Origin: Spirochaetota bacterium
GTDB taxonomy: Bacteria > Spirochaetota > UBA4802 > UBA5550
NCBI GenBank assembly: GCA_050298055.1
Contig: JBNKTL010000050.1
Span: forward strand, 1-37,726
Length of the DNA: 37,726 nt
Reading direction: 5' to 3'
Part shown: positions 7,952 through 17,241 of the stretch, in pieces
Position numbering within the stretch: the stretch's first letter is position 1
Layout: the number at the start of each line of letters is the position of its first letter
The notes under the pieces: model-generated
The model's input: the letters and a program-made list of their open reading frames with translations, nothing else
What the model was told of the DNA's origin: nothing
Databases searched by the model: none
Translations under genes and position numbers: made by a program

Positions 7952-9529
7952 ATGATCATTCGAAAGATAATAATTACGATATTTTTGCTGTTTTTTTTCT
8001 CGGTTGTCTATTTAACTGCCCGTGAGAATATAAACGGTGACAGTCTGGGTGCAAATATTAATTCACCTGCGGATGAATTTTATCCCGCACTTTCAGGTGA
8101 CGGTATTTACCTTGTCTATGCGTCCAGAAGAGGTGACGGAAAGACCAGTAATATCTATATCAGCACAAATGTAAATGGTAAGTGGGACACTCCTGTTGAT
8201 ATGAGCAGGATCAACTCCGGTAAAGATGATGTCACTCCTTATCTTTCACTTGATGGTACAATGATAGTTTTTTCCTCAAACAGGGATGGGGGTGACCCGG
8301 CAGCTAAAAAAGAGAACTATAACCTCTATGTTTCTTTCAAGGTTGATGATGAGTGGATAGAACCGGTCAAGCTGTCAGATGATGTAAATACCGCTGAAAA
8401 TGAGTCAGCTCCAAGTCTCAGCAAGGACAACACTGTCCTCTATTTTACACGATGGCCTGCAGGAGAACCTGAAAAATCGAATATATACAGGGCGAGTCTC
8501 ACGGATAACGGGTTCTCCAATGTGGAGAAACTTCCTGATGTCATCAACTCCGGAAATTCTGAATTCAGCTTTATCCCTTCAAGAAAGAGAGAGGGCTTTT
8601 ATTTCTCATCCGGAAGACCCGGCGGTTACGGGTCCCGGGACATCTACTTTGTATATCATAAACTGGGAAGTTTCGGTACTCCCGTAAACCTTGGAGAAAA
8701 GGTGAACTCGGAGATGGATGATATCTACGTCACGGAGTTCGATGATGACAGGATATATTTCAGCTCCAATAAGAAAGGGGGTGTGGGAAATTTTGATATT
8801 TATACAGCGGTTATTCCGCATACATTCAGCGAGACAAAGGTCGCGGAAACAGAGAAGAAGGATGTTGAAAAAGAAAAGGAGACCGGTTTCAGTTTTAAAG
8901 TCACCGAGAAGAAATCCGGTATTCCCCTGTCAATTGAATTTGAACTTACCCTGAAAAGCGGGGAAAAAGACGGAGGAGAAAAAACCGTAGTTGAGAAGAG
9001 TGACACATCCGGTATACTCAGTCTTATTACTGACAGGGACATTTCAGAAGTCAGCATAAAAAGCCTCTCCAGGGATCACGATGAGATCTTCAAAACCTAT
9101 GTGACTGAAAAAGGCGTGGTGAAGGATATAAAGATCAGCCTTGAAAAGAAAAGAGTGATAAAAACGGTAAGGGATATTGATGATAGCCTGGAGATTACAC
9201 CCCTTGACTTCAAACCAATATATTTTGATTCAAACTCAACGAAGCTGAAGCTTGAATATATCCCCTATCTTTACAGCATTGTCAGTTATTTGAGAAAAAA
9301 TGAGAATGTCAGGATCAAAATTATCGGTCATTCCGGTTTGTCAGGAAACTGCAGGTGCGGGATCAATAAAAAAATTAGTCTCAGAAGAGCACGGCGAGTA
9401 AGGGACTACATCCTCTCTTTCGGCATTGGTAAAGAAAGGGTCCTTGTAAAGGGGCTGGGGAAAAGGTTCCCCGCTGACGCGAAGTACAATGAGGTCAACA
9501 GGAGAGTTGAATTTCAGGTCATTGAATAG
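7952..9529 (+). CDS. OmpA-family protein with PD40 (TolB-like) repeats
   Basis: Signal peptide; repeated P.LS.DG..L.F.S.R.GG motifs; C-terminal IYFDSNS...GHS...SLRRA..V...NRRVEF. Confidence 0.9.
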   Translation: MIIRKIIITIFLLFFFSVVYLTARENINGDSLGANINSPADEFYPALSGDGIYLVYASRRGDGKTSNIYISTNVNGKWDTPVDMSRINSGKDDVTPYLSLDGTMIVFSSNRDGGDPAAKKENYNLYVSFKVDDEWIEPVKLSDDVNTAENESAPSLSKDNTVLYFTRWPAGEPEKSNIYRASLTDNGFSNVEKLPDVINSGNSEFSFIPSRKREGFYFSSGRPGGYGSRDIYFVYHKLGSFGTPVNLGEKVNSEMDDIYVTEFDDDRIYFSSNKKGGVGNFDIYTAVIPHTFSETKVAETEKKDVEKEKETGFSFKVTEKKSGIPLSIEFELTLKSGEKDGGEKTVVEKSDTSGILSLITDRDISEVSIKSLSRDHDEIFKTYVTEKGVVKDIKISLEKKRVIKTVRDIDDSLEITPLDFKPIYFDSNSTKLKLEYIPYLYSIVSYLRKNENVRIKIIGHSGLSGNCRCGINKKISLRRARRVRDYILSFGIGKERVLVKGLGKRFPADAKYNEVNRRVEFQVIE

Positions 9530-9595
9530 TCTGTACGGCGGTTAGTCCGTGCTGATTCTGCTTTAAGAAATAAATAATAATAAACAAAAAAAAGC

Positions 9596-9629
9596 TTGAC
9601 GGATGTTTAGAAGTTAAGTATCTTCTAAA
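9596..9629 (+). promoter_or_regulatory. Promoter TTGACG-17-TATCTT with overlapping dyad TTTAGAAG-N8-CTTCTAAA
   Basis: 8-bp perfect IR at 9606-9613/9622-9629 overlapping the spacer and -10 of the HesB-like gene. Confidence 0.5.
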
Positions 9630-9653
9630 TAATCTGATTAACAGAGGGAGAGG

Positions 9654-9956
9654 ATGTCAATTAATATTACAGATAAAGCCAGGGAAAAAATCATTAATGT
9701 GATGAAAGACTCAGAGTTAACGAATCCCGTATTGAGGCTTGTTTTTAACGGGTTTGGTTGAGGAGGCCCCAGGTTGGGGATGGCTCTGGATGAGCTTGAA
9801 AATGAAAAAGATATAAAAATACAAAGCAATGATATTAATATTATATATGATGACAGCCTTAAATCATTTGTAGAAAACAACCAAAAGTTGACAATCGATT
9901 ATAAAGATTCACTGTTTGGTTCCGGGTTTGTTATTGATACCGGCAGCTCTTGCTGA
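9654..9956 (+). CDS. HesB/IscA-like selenoprotein (100 aa, Sec36 at TGA 9759-9761)
   Basis: GAGGGAGAGG RBS; MSINITDKAREKIINVMKDSELTNPVLRLVFNGFG-U-GGPRLGMALDE...GFVIDTGSSC; both halves in one frame, TGA at the conserved Cys position. Confidence 0.88.
9782..9796 (+). promoter_or_regulatory. Candidate bacterial SECIS apical hairpin
   Basis: GGCTC-TGGAT-GAGCT; loop begins after a 25-nt spacer from the UGA, with G at loop position 2. Confidence 0.55.
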
Positions 9957-11995
9957 TCCTTTCTCAAAATCTTTTTGTAATATTTGAAGTTATAGAGTCT
10001 TGCCCGGGAAACAAGGTGCCTGAACAACATCACCCTGTTTCCCATACCAGGGGCAAGATTTTTTGTTTCCCGGGGGTCTCTTCTCAGGTTGTAGAGCTCT
10101 TCGTATCCATCCTCAACTCTGTATATATATTTCCATCTGCCGTCCCTTATACCGAAAAATTCATGGTTCCAGGATGTATGAAGCATGGCTGACTGCTCCC
10201 TGTGTGAAGAAAAAAGAGATATTCCTTCCAGTTCAGTATCCAGCTTAATACCGACAATATCAAGGAGTGTGGGAAGTATATCCAGATGGCGTGAAACTCC
10301 CCCGTAATAAACCGGTTTTCTGAAAAAATCCCGGTTGTAGATAAGAAAGGGTACGTGAACATTTTCTTCATAGAGAAAACGCCTGTGGTTGAGGTTTTCC
10401 CTGTGCTGGTAGAATGCCTGCCCGTGGTCGGCAAAGAGAACAAACAGGGTATTCTTCATCAGTCCGTTCTTTTCAAGTTCCCTGACAAGTTCACCCAGGG
10501 CAAAATCGGCAAAATGGAGGGAATTGAGATAGTTCATCCACCTTTTTCTGTTCCTGGGTGTGTTTTGCGGAATTTTACCGGTTATCATGAATCGGGATTC
10601 AGGAATGGCATAGGGGTGGTGAGGGTTCAGGGGGAACAAGGTTACGCAAAAGGGTCTTGTCCTGTCCCTGTTCATAAAGTCTATGGCCGGTTTTGTCATG
10701 GCGCGTTCGTCAATTCCATAGCCGACAATTCTCCTGTGTTCCGTGTTCTTTATGAGATCCCGGTATTCAATGATCCTGTCTATCTTTCTGTTTTCCAGGA
10801 ATTTTCTCTGGCCGGCATAGAGGAGACTTCCCGTGTGTATGAGGCATGTTCTATAGCCGTTGTCCTTGAGTATCTCATAGATTGTCGGGGTTTTTATCCG
10901 GGGATATTTTTGTATTACAAGGTCACGTGAGTACTCTTCATATGAAGAGGTGATAACATTATAAAGGGAATTTGCGGAGAGGGGAAAGTTGGCATAGTGA
11001 TTTTGAGCAACAAAGGCATTTTTCATGAGATTCCGCCAGTTAGGGGTTACGTAGCTGTTATTGATCTTCTCGTCAAGATAGGGTAATGATGTGGATTCGA
11101 AAAAATAGATAATAATATTGAGTTTTTTACCCCGCCCTATAATGTTGTTTCTCGGGTAAACTTTGTTACTTGAAAGTGACGTGGTATCAAGTCCAAAACT
11201 GAATTTTGATTTTTCTGCCGCATCAAGATCCAGTCTGCCGGGACTCTCTCCTTTCTTTTCCCGGAAAAAAGTGCCCAGGGGATTTTTTGAAATATCCCGG
11301 ACACTCAGGACCGGCTTATCACCTTTTTTTATCCGTATTTCATCTATGATCAGTTCTGCTGACCTTTCCGGGCCGGGTAAAAGTAAAAAAATAAAAATAA
11401 TCAAAATTATTACAGGGGGAAAGAAGAGAAGTGTCTTTTCCGCAGGGGAACCTCTTTTCGTCTTCGCAATATCGATAAACCTGTAGCGTCTGTACATAAG
11501 GTCAAGCAGAGGAGGTGAAAAAAGGATTACCGCTGACAAAGCCTTTACGTAAAAAAGAGCTGTTAATTCGTAGAGGACGGAGTTGAGAAGGTCCTTCCAT
11601 CCGGAAAGTATTTCATTATCCAGGAGATCAAGGCTGAATGATATCTCATAAACCTTGAAGAACTCTAATGAAAGAAAGTAAAACAGCGAAAGAGTGATAA
11701 GAAAGAGTGAAGCAGATGTGTTCTTAAGCCAGCGTCGGCCGGCAAAGAGGTTCAGGAAAAGAATAAAGAAAATGAGGCAGAGAAGAACTGCCTTCATATC
11801 AGCACTGAATGAGAGGGTCAGAAAATTACCTGCAGTGAGAAAAGTAAGTTCTCTGTGGGCATTCCTGAAACTGGCGGAGAGATCAATCCTGTAAAAAAAA
11901 TGAAGCAGAATAATAATCAGTGACGAAGGTATAAAAATATCTACGGTATCGAGATACCGGTATGCTCTTTTTTTCAGGATTCTCTTTAGTTCCAA
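9899..11995 (-). CDS. LtaS/MdoB-like membrane-anchored alkaline-phosphatase-superfamily (sulfatase-like) protein
   Basis: About 5 N-terminal TM helices; NIIIYFFES, PHHPY, FADHG, LDILPTLL, ELYNLRRDP motifs; 3' end overlaps the convergent HesB-like gene by 58 nt. Confidence 0.85.
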   Translation of the reverse strand: MELKRILKKRAYRYLDTVDIFIPSSLIIILLHFFYRIDLSASFRNAHRELTFLTAGNFLTLSFSADMKAVLLCLIFFILFLNLFAGRRWLKNTSASLFLITLSLFYFLSLEFFKVYEISFSLDLLDNEILSGWKDLLNSVLYELTALFYVKALSAVILFSPPLLDLMYRRYRFIDIAKTKRGSPAEKTLLFFPPVIILIIFIFLLLPGPERSAELIIDEIRIKKGDKPVLSVRDISKNPLGTFFREKKGESPGRLDLDAAEKSKFSFGLDTTSLSSNKVYPRNNIIGRGKKLNIIIYFFESTSLPYLDEKINNSYVTPNWRNLMKNAFVAQNHYANFPLSANSLYNVITSSYEEYSRDLVIQKYPRIKTPTIYEILKDNGYRTCLIHTGSLLYAGQRKFLENRKIDRIIEYRDLIKNTEHRRIVGYGIDERAMTKPAIDFMNRDRTRPFCVTLFPLNPHHPYAIPESRFMITGKIPQNTPRNRKRWMNYLNSLHFADFALGELVRELEKNGLMKNTLFVLFADHGQAFYQHRENLNHRRFLYEENVHVPFLIYNRDFFRKPVYYGGVSRHLDILPTLLDIVGIKLDTELEGISLFSSHREQSAMLHTSWNHEFFGIRDGRWKYIYRVEDGYEELYNLRRDPRETKNLAPGMGNRVMLFRHLVSRARLYNFKYYKKILRKDQQELPVSITNPEPNSESL

Positions 11996-13512
11996 TCGAT
12001 CTCAACCTTCTTTATATTGTAAATATCCCTGTAAGGGTTCTTATAGTTCCGGTAAATTTTTCTCCCGGTAAGTTTCAGATAGTATTCGCTCTCTTTCCAT
12101 ATACCCACACCAAAGAGATTGAGTCCAAATGCCTGGGGAACGACATTGTACCTTATATTATGCCCGGCAAATATTATTGTGATGGCGAGAACAGAAGCAG
12201 AGAGCGGGACCTGTGAAAACCTGTTTAAAAACGGGTATGCTTTTTCCCCTATATAGTTAAAGAGCAGTATGGATAAAAAAATGAAGTTCACGGCAGGTAT
12301 CAGCCAGAACTCAAGATAAAAGGCTTCCCAGTATCCTGCAAGAGATGAAAAGAATATTATGTTGAGAACCAGTGAGAAGAGGTCCCTGGTATATCTTTTC
12401 CAGAGACCGGGGAGAAAGACCAGGAAGAGGAGGAGAGATATCCCGAGATAAACTGCAAGGCAGTTGAATACCAGGGACTTTCCATCCGAAAAATCCATCA
12501 TGCTGTAATTAAACCTCAGGTCTCTATTCCATTTTGGCCCCGGTTTTCTCGGCGAAAGGAAGGCGTCGGTTATCCCCCTGAAGACTTCCTCGACTTTTTT
12601 GTCGTTGTCCGCTTTCCCCCATTCACCCGTGGTTACGTAAAAGAAAAGCCATTCCTGGAAGGTAAGATGCCTGTAAACATAGTTCCATGATGTACCCGTC
12701 CTGTCAAAGGAGAGGTTAAGGTATATTCTCCCCGCCGCGAAATACGCTGAAACTGTGAGAAGAGTTGTAACAGCTGTTATGACTGCTGCTGCGACGTACC
12801 TTTTTCTTCCGCTCAATCCTGCTTTTTCATGACTCTTTTCCCTGGTGAGCCTCAATGGAGGTCGCCAGAGACTGAGAGTAAAAAGCTTCTCCGGAAAAAT
12901 AAGAGTAAAAAAAAGCGCCGCACAGGTAAAACCGAGATACTGGTGCAGCATTATCCCTGTAAATAGCACCACACCGGTTATAACGGCCGCGGTAATAATA
13001 AATTTTCTTGCCCTGAGCATGAGATGTCCTGCGTAGAGCATCACAATAAACCATGTTGTGGAGAACACGGCTGTATCGACTTTCGGCGCATAGAGCAGGT
13101 ATCCGTGGGTAAATGCCATGAGGATGGTTGCCAGGAATCCCCAGGCAACCCGCCCTGTGAGGGAAGTCATATAGAGCATGGTTACAAAAATTCCCGTGCT
13201 TCCGAAAAGCAGGGAACGAAGCCGAAGGTTGAAGGTCAGGTCAGTAAAACCGTAGTCACCAAAGTGTCTTACCATAAAATCATGAAAGAATTTGCCGCTT
13301 ATCTCAAAGTGAAGATGGTGCGGATTGACAAAAGGTTTCTTTACGGCTTTAAGGATATTATTCGCATAGACGACCTGGTCATAATCGATATATCTCTGCA
13401 TGAAGTGGAAGTGAAAGAGAAAATAGAGGATACTGATAAAAAGAGCAGTAAGAAGAAGAGAATACCTTCTGATAAAACCGATAATTGTAATACTCTCTTC
13501 TGTCCGGATCAT
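11986..13512 (-). CDS. Polytopic membrane protein, probable GT-C-fold glycosyltransferase
   Basis: About 10 or more hydrophobic segments; acidic DYD motif after first TM; envelope gene context. Confidence 0.55.
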   Translation of the reverse strand: MIRTEESITIIGFIRRYSLLLTALFISILYFLFHFHFMQRYIDYDQVVYANNILKAVKKPFVNPHHLHFEISGKFFHDFMVRHFGDYGFTDLTFNLRLRSLLFGSTGIFVTMLYMTSLTGRVAWGFLATILMAFTHGYLLYAPKVDTAVFSTTWFIVMLYAGHLMLRARKFIITAAVITGVVLFTGIMLHQYLGFTCAALFFTLIFPEKLFTLSLWRPPLRLTREKSHEKAGLSGRKRYVAAAVITAVTTLLTVSAYFAAGRIYLNLSFDRTGTSWNYVYRHLTFQEWLFFYVTTGEWGKADNDKKVEEVFRGITDAFLSPRKPGPKWNRDLRFNYSMMDFSDGKSLVFNCLAVYLGISLLLFLVFLPGLWKRYTRDLFSLVLNIIFFSSLAGYWEAFYLEFWLIPAVNFIFLSILLFNYIGEKAYPFLNRFSQVPLSASVLAITIIFAGHNIRYNVVPQAFGLNLFGVGIWKESEYYLKLTGRKIYRNYKNPYRDIYNIKKVEIDWN

Positions 13513-14138
13513 GATGATAATTGAAGGGCAAGTCTCTGAGCATTGCCTATTGAAGATATCATGTAGCTGTGGCCGGATTTTGTCACAATGGCAATTGTCC
13601 CGGTTTTGAGCAGTTTTCCCGTAATAAAGTCCTGTCGCAGGGACACTGTTTCTATCTGGTCAAAGAGGATTGTTATGGTTTTTGTAAGGAAAATCCTCTT
13701 CTCTATATAGTAGAGTCTCCCGCCGCTCCTGTTGACAACAACAGAGGAGAGCAGGCCGGAATACTGGTCCCTGAAAAACAGTAACGAGGGGATTCCAATA
13801 ATTATTGCAAAGAGGAAGAATGAGATTTTGTGAAAGAACTCCTTCCCGGGAAACCGGAGATTGAATATCTTTTCAAGCTTGAAGAAGAGGAACCCGGCTT
13901 CAAGCCCGTCCCCTGCATTGACATGAAAGGAGAAGAGGAACAGGACCAGAATAACAGCCGCAAGGGATTTGAGAAGTACAAGGAGAGGAGGCTGCCAGTA
14001 GAACCTGTACACGCCGTTCATGGACACAGTCCTTCTCAACTGGTTTTCTATCCGTTTTTCTCTCAGCTTTCTTATATTTTTAAGTTCCCATTTCACCGGA
14101 ATGTCAACTCCTTCATTCAGAATTTTCTCTAATAACAA
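13509..14138 (-). CDS. Membrane protein with bacterial PH (bPH_2-like) domain
   Basis: Two TM helices, then TITILFDQIETVSLRQDFITGKLLKTGTIAIVT; 4-bp overlap with next gene. Confidence 0.6.
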   Translation of the reverse strand: MLLEKILNEGVDIPVKWELKNIRKLREKRIENQLRRTVSMNGVYRFYWQPPLLVLLKSLAAVILVLFLFSFHVNAGDGLEAGFLFFKLEKIFNLRFPGKEFFHKISFFLFAIIIGIPSLLFFRDQYSGLLSSVVVNRSGGRLYYIEKRIFLTKTITILFDQIETVSLRQDFITGKLLKTGTIAIVTKSGHSYMISSIGNAQRLALQLSS

Positions 14139-14210
14139 AATAATATTTATTCAAAAATTGAACATTTACAACAGAGACTTATTGAGTAACGTAATTAAAA
14201 AGATAAGAAT

Positions 14211-14375
14211 TGAACCGCAAAGGCGCAAGGGGCGCAAAGCTTTATATAATGTTGAATTTTAAATTTTTAATTTAGAATTATCTCATTAAAAACGGTTTCT
14301 TTAATTTAACATTAAAAATTTAAAACTTAACATTAACAAACACTACCTTTGCGAACTTTGCGTCTTGGCGGTTCA
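14211..14375. repeat. Nested periodic inverted-repeat element A
   Basis: Outer arms 14211-14239/14347-14375 (CGCAAAG units, 24/29); inner arms 14247-14280/14302-14335 (7-bp AATKTTR-type units, 29/34). Confidence 0.9.
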
Positions 14376-14499
14376 GATGACTTTTTCTTATATTTTTTTT
14401 CTCTCCGTGGGTTATATTTTCCAAAGTTAAGTTATTATCGTATTCAGAAACAAGTACTGTTATAAAAAGATAGTTATGCTCATTTCGTCAAGAATTTTG

Positions 14500-14898
14500 T
14501 CATTCCTTCCTGAAAACAAATCTCCTGTCCAGGAAATATTTCGTTATATACCCCATGGTGAGACCGCTTGCCGCACCGATATATTTGGCCTCTTCGAAAT
14601 GTAAAAGGTAATTAAATAAAAGCTCACTGCCCCAGAATATCAGGGTAGTAAAGAGCCCCATAAAGGAGTAGAGGATAAACCGGCCCAGGTCTTCCCGGCT
14701 GTTCTCTGTTTCATAATAGAAGATATATCTCTTATCAAGAAGATATTTAACAACGAGACCTGTGAGTGTTCCGGCCCCCATGGCGAGATAAAGGCTGTAT
14801 TCCCTGCTGTAGATCCTGAGGGAGATATACTGGGTAGAGATATTTACCAGTGTGGCAATACCGGCAAAAAGCGCATATTTCAGTGTAAGAAAAATCAC
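14500..14898 (-). CDS. GtrA-family flippase-like protein
   Basis: 132 aa, 4 TM; KYALFAGIATLVN, KYLLDKRYIF, KYFLDRRFVF. Confidence 0.88.
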   Translation of the reverse strand: MIFLTLKYALFAGIATLVNISTQYISLRIYSREYSLYLAMGAGTLTGLVVKYLLDKRYIFYYETENSREDLGRFILYSFMGLFTTLIFWGSELLFNYLLHFEEAKYIGAASGLTMGYITKYFLDRRFVFRKE

Positions 14899-15767
14899 CT
14901 GTAGATAATTATCCCGAAAGTTATAAGCCAGCCAAGGATAGTAAGCTGAATAAAACGGTCCCTGAGAAGGACCATGGTGGGTGAACCGCTTTTATTCTGG
15001 ATAAAAGTAATCTGCATATATCTGAGGATCCCCGTAATGACCCAGAAGACTGTCAGGTACAACCTGTCACTTCCTTTCCTGTTCATGAGCGCGGAGGATG
15101 AGGTGTACATGAGGTACGATACGATAACAACCGAAGCCATGATCATCATGGCCGCATTGAGAAATTCAAGGTTGTAGCCGTCAATGACTCTTCTCACCTT
15201 GTTGCCGCTCTCAAGGTAGATGATGAGGTCATACCTTCTCTTGGCCAGGGAGAGAAAGAGGGCCAGGAGGAATGTCATGACCACAATCCAGCTTGAGAGA
15301 GTAATTTCGCTGGCAACTGAACCGGCAGAGAGCCTTATGAGAAATCCTGTTGATATTAATAGTACATCAACAAGGACCAGGTGTTTGAGCTTCACCGTGT
15401 AGGCAATGTTAAAAAGAATGTAGATTATCAGGAGGTAGAATACTTTAATATTAACAAGAAGCGAGAGAAAAAGACCTCCTGAGAGGAGCAGTCCCATGAG
15501 GATGATGGCAGATCTGGAGCTCACTCTCCCGGAGGCAAGGGGCCTCTCCTTTTTCTCCGGATGTTTTCTGTCGTCCTCTCTGTCAAAAAAATCATTGAGT
15601 ATATATATTGAACTGGATACCAGGCAGAAGGAGAGAGCTGCCACCGTGGTCTTTATTAAAAGGAAAGAGTCGGTAATTTTCAGACCGAAAAAGAGAGGCA
15701 TGTAAAGAAAGAGGTTCTTCGAATACTGGTGAGGCCTCATCAGTTGTAAATAGTGTTTTAACATCAT
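14895..15767 (-). CDS. UbiA-family decaprenyl-phosphate phosphoribosyltransferase-like protein
   Basis: RPHQYSKN, YILNDFFDREDDRKHPEKKERPLASG, LFLSLAKRR, SPT motifs; start moved to ATG 15767 because the upstream extension comes from repeat B. Confidence 0.88.
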   Translation of the reverse strand: MMLKHYLQLMRPHQYSKNLFLYMPLFFGLKITDSFLLIKTTVAALSFCLVSSSIYILNDFFDREDDRKHPEKKERPLASGRVSSRSAIILMGLLLSGGLFLSLLVNIKVFYLLIIYILFNIAYTVKLKHLVLVDVLLISTGFLIRLSAGSVASEITLSSWIVVMTFLLALFLSLAKRRYDLIIYLESGNKVRRVIDGYNLEFLNAAMMIMASVVIVSYLMYTSSSALMNRKGSDRLYLTVFWVITGILRYMQITFIQNKSGSPTMVLLRDRFIQLTILGWLITFGIIIYR

Positions 15768-15823
15768 TAATTTGTGAAAATATTTTTTTAAATCCCACGA
15801 AGCTTCGGTGCTCGGATTTTTTA

Positions 15824-15989
15824 AACCGCAAAGGCGCAAAGGGCGCAAAGTTTATGACAATGTTAAATTTTAAATGCTGAATTTTGAGTTTTTTAACTAA
15901 CTAATAGCTGACTCTTCAATTTAACATTGAAAATTTAGAACTCAACATTACAATAACTCTTTCTTTGCGAACTTTGCGACTTAGCGGTT
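15824..15989. repeat. Nested periodic inverted-repeat element B
   Basis: Outer arms 15824-15850/15963-15989, inner 7-mer arms 15859-15890/15918-15949; same architecture and orientation as element A. Confidence 0.9.
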
Positions 15990-16016
15990 CAATACTTTCT
16001 CCCTTTCTTCCTCTTT

Positions 16017-16046
16017 CTTCGTGTGCTTCGTGATCTTCGTATGAAA
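16017..16046. repeat. Solo arm of 9-bp repeats (CTTCGTGNN x3)
   Basis: CTTCGTGTG CTTCGTGAT CTTCGTATG AAA; related arms at 17156-17185 and, inverted, 25814-25843. Confidence 0.7.
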
Positions 16047-16065
16047 CTTCTTTTCTTTAAATTTT

Positions 16066-17103
16066 TTAGAAAAAAAGTTTGAATAACTTAAGGATCCCCT
16101 GCTTCCACGGCACCCTGTGTGAGACGCCGGAGCTTTCGCCGAAGGTATCCAGGTTATCGAGATACCATTGATAATTCCTGATAAGAGCATCCTTGTTGGA
16201 ATAAACAGGAGAAAATTCAAGTTCTTTTTCGGCCTTTTCAATGGACACGAATGAGTCCTTGCTGGCGGTCTCGTAAACCCACTTGTAAAGGGGTGAAAGG
16301 CGGAAAAACTCGAGAATCCTGAGCATGTTGATCACCGGCCAGGCGGGAAATCCCCGGATCTTCTTCCCGAAACCGGCATAGTCCAGGACCGCCTGGTAGT
16401 CCTCCTTCATTGTTGTAAACTCTCTCGCGCCGATGTTAAATGTATCGTTTACCTTCTTTTCAGGAAGGGTCATTGTGAGAAAAATCGCATGGGAGAGGTC
16501 TTCTACATCGAGGAACTGGTACCTGTTCTTTCCACTGCCGATCATGGGAAATCCCCTGCCGTCCTTCGCCCAGTCATAAAAAAGGGCAAAGACTCCCAGC
16601 CGCTCGGGACCAATGAAAGATTTCGGCCTTAATATGGGGACACAGAGATCCTTCTCCCTGTACCGGAGACAGATATCTTCGGCCATTATCTTTGCTTTCC
16701 CGTAATGTCCTACTCCGTCAAGCCTGTCTGTTTCGGTGAGGGGATGGTGGTCCGGAATCCCGTAGACGGCAGTAGAGGAGATATGAATAAATCTCTTTAC
16801 ACCTCTCCTGTAAGCTTCCTCCAGAAGATTTTCCGTTCCTTCTACATCGGTTGAGTAGATCTCCTCCTTCCTGTAAAGGGGGAGGGCGGCAGCGGTGTGG
16901 ATAACTATCCCCACATCATTCATGGCAGCTGCAACGGTCTCCCTGTTCCTGATATCACCGGTTATTATATCGATACGGTCTTTCTCCGGATAGGTGAATT
17001 CTTCAATATCCAGTGATCGTATATCAGTGAAACCTTTCTTCAGGAGGTAGCGGATAAGGTTTATTCCAAGGAAACCCGCACCCCCTGTAACCAGCACTTT
17101 CAT
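16066..17103 (-). CDS. NAD-dependent epimerase/dehydratase (extended SDR)
   Basis: VLVTGGAGFLG, HISSTAVYG, YGKAK (YxxxK). Confidence 0.92.
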   Translation of the reverse strand: MKVLVTGGAGFLGINLIRYLLKKGFTDIRSLDIEEFTYPEKDRIDIITGDIRNRETVAAAMNDVGIVIHTAAALPLYRKEEIYSTDVEGTENLLEEAYRRGVKRFIHISSTAVYGIPDHHPLTETDRLDGVGHYGKAKIMAEDICLRYREKDLCVPILRPKSFIGPERLGVFALFYDWAKDGRGFPMIGSGKNRYQFLDVEDLSHAIFLTMTLPEKKVNDTFNIGAREFTTMKEDYQAVLDYAGFGKKIRGFPAWPVINMLRILEFFRLSPLYKWVYETASKDSFVSIEKAEKELEFSPVYSNKDALIRNYQWYLDNLDTFGESSGVSHRVPWKQGILKLFKLFF

Positions 17104-17109
17104 CTATTT

Positions 17110-17185
17110 ATCTCCTCCATCTCCCTATCTCCTTTTTTACACTCTTTTCTTTTTCCTTCGTGAACTTTATCTGCTTCGTGTTAAA
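17110..17185. repeat. Composite half-element: 8-mer arm + pyrimidine linker + 9-mer arm
   Basis: ATCTCCTCCATCTCCCTATCTCCT is also at 5961-5984; followed by TTTTTACACTCTTTTCT and CTTCGTG units. Confidence 0.7.
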
Positions 17186-17241
17186 TCACTTTTTATCATT
17201 CTTATCCAAAGTTTTCCAAAAATGCAGGGAGTAATGAACTC

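Noticed and set aside
9954..9956. Second Sec at the terminal TGA of the HesB-like gene
   Set aside because: The protein already ends in the expected C-terminal Cys; readthrough adds only 7 residues antisense to another gene and no SECIS-like hairpin was seen
14211..15989. Elements A and B as integron attC sites
   Set aside because: AAC/GTT occur at the ends but there are no RYYYAAC/GTTRRRY boxes, the elements are not tight to stop codons, and no integrase is visible
15981..16241. Short ORFs 15981-16241, 14020-14262 and 25666-25875
   Set aside because: Their distinctive peptides (HTKITKHTK, PQRRKGRK, FVLFVNFVVN) are translations of repeat arms, and two overlap real genes
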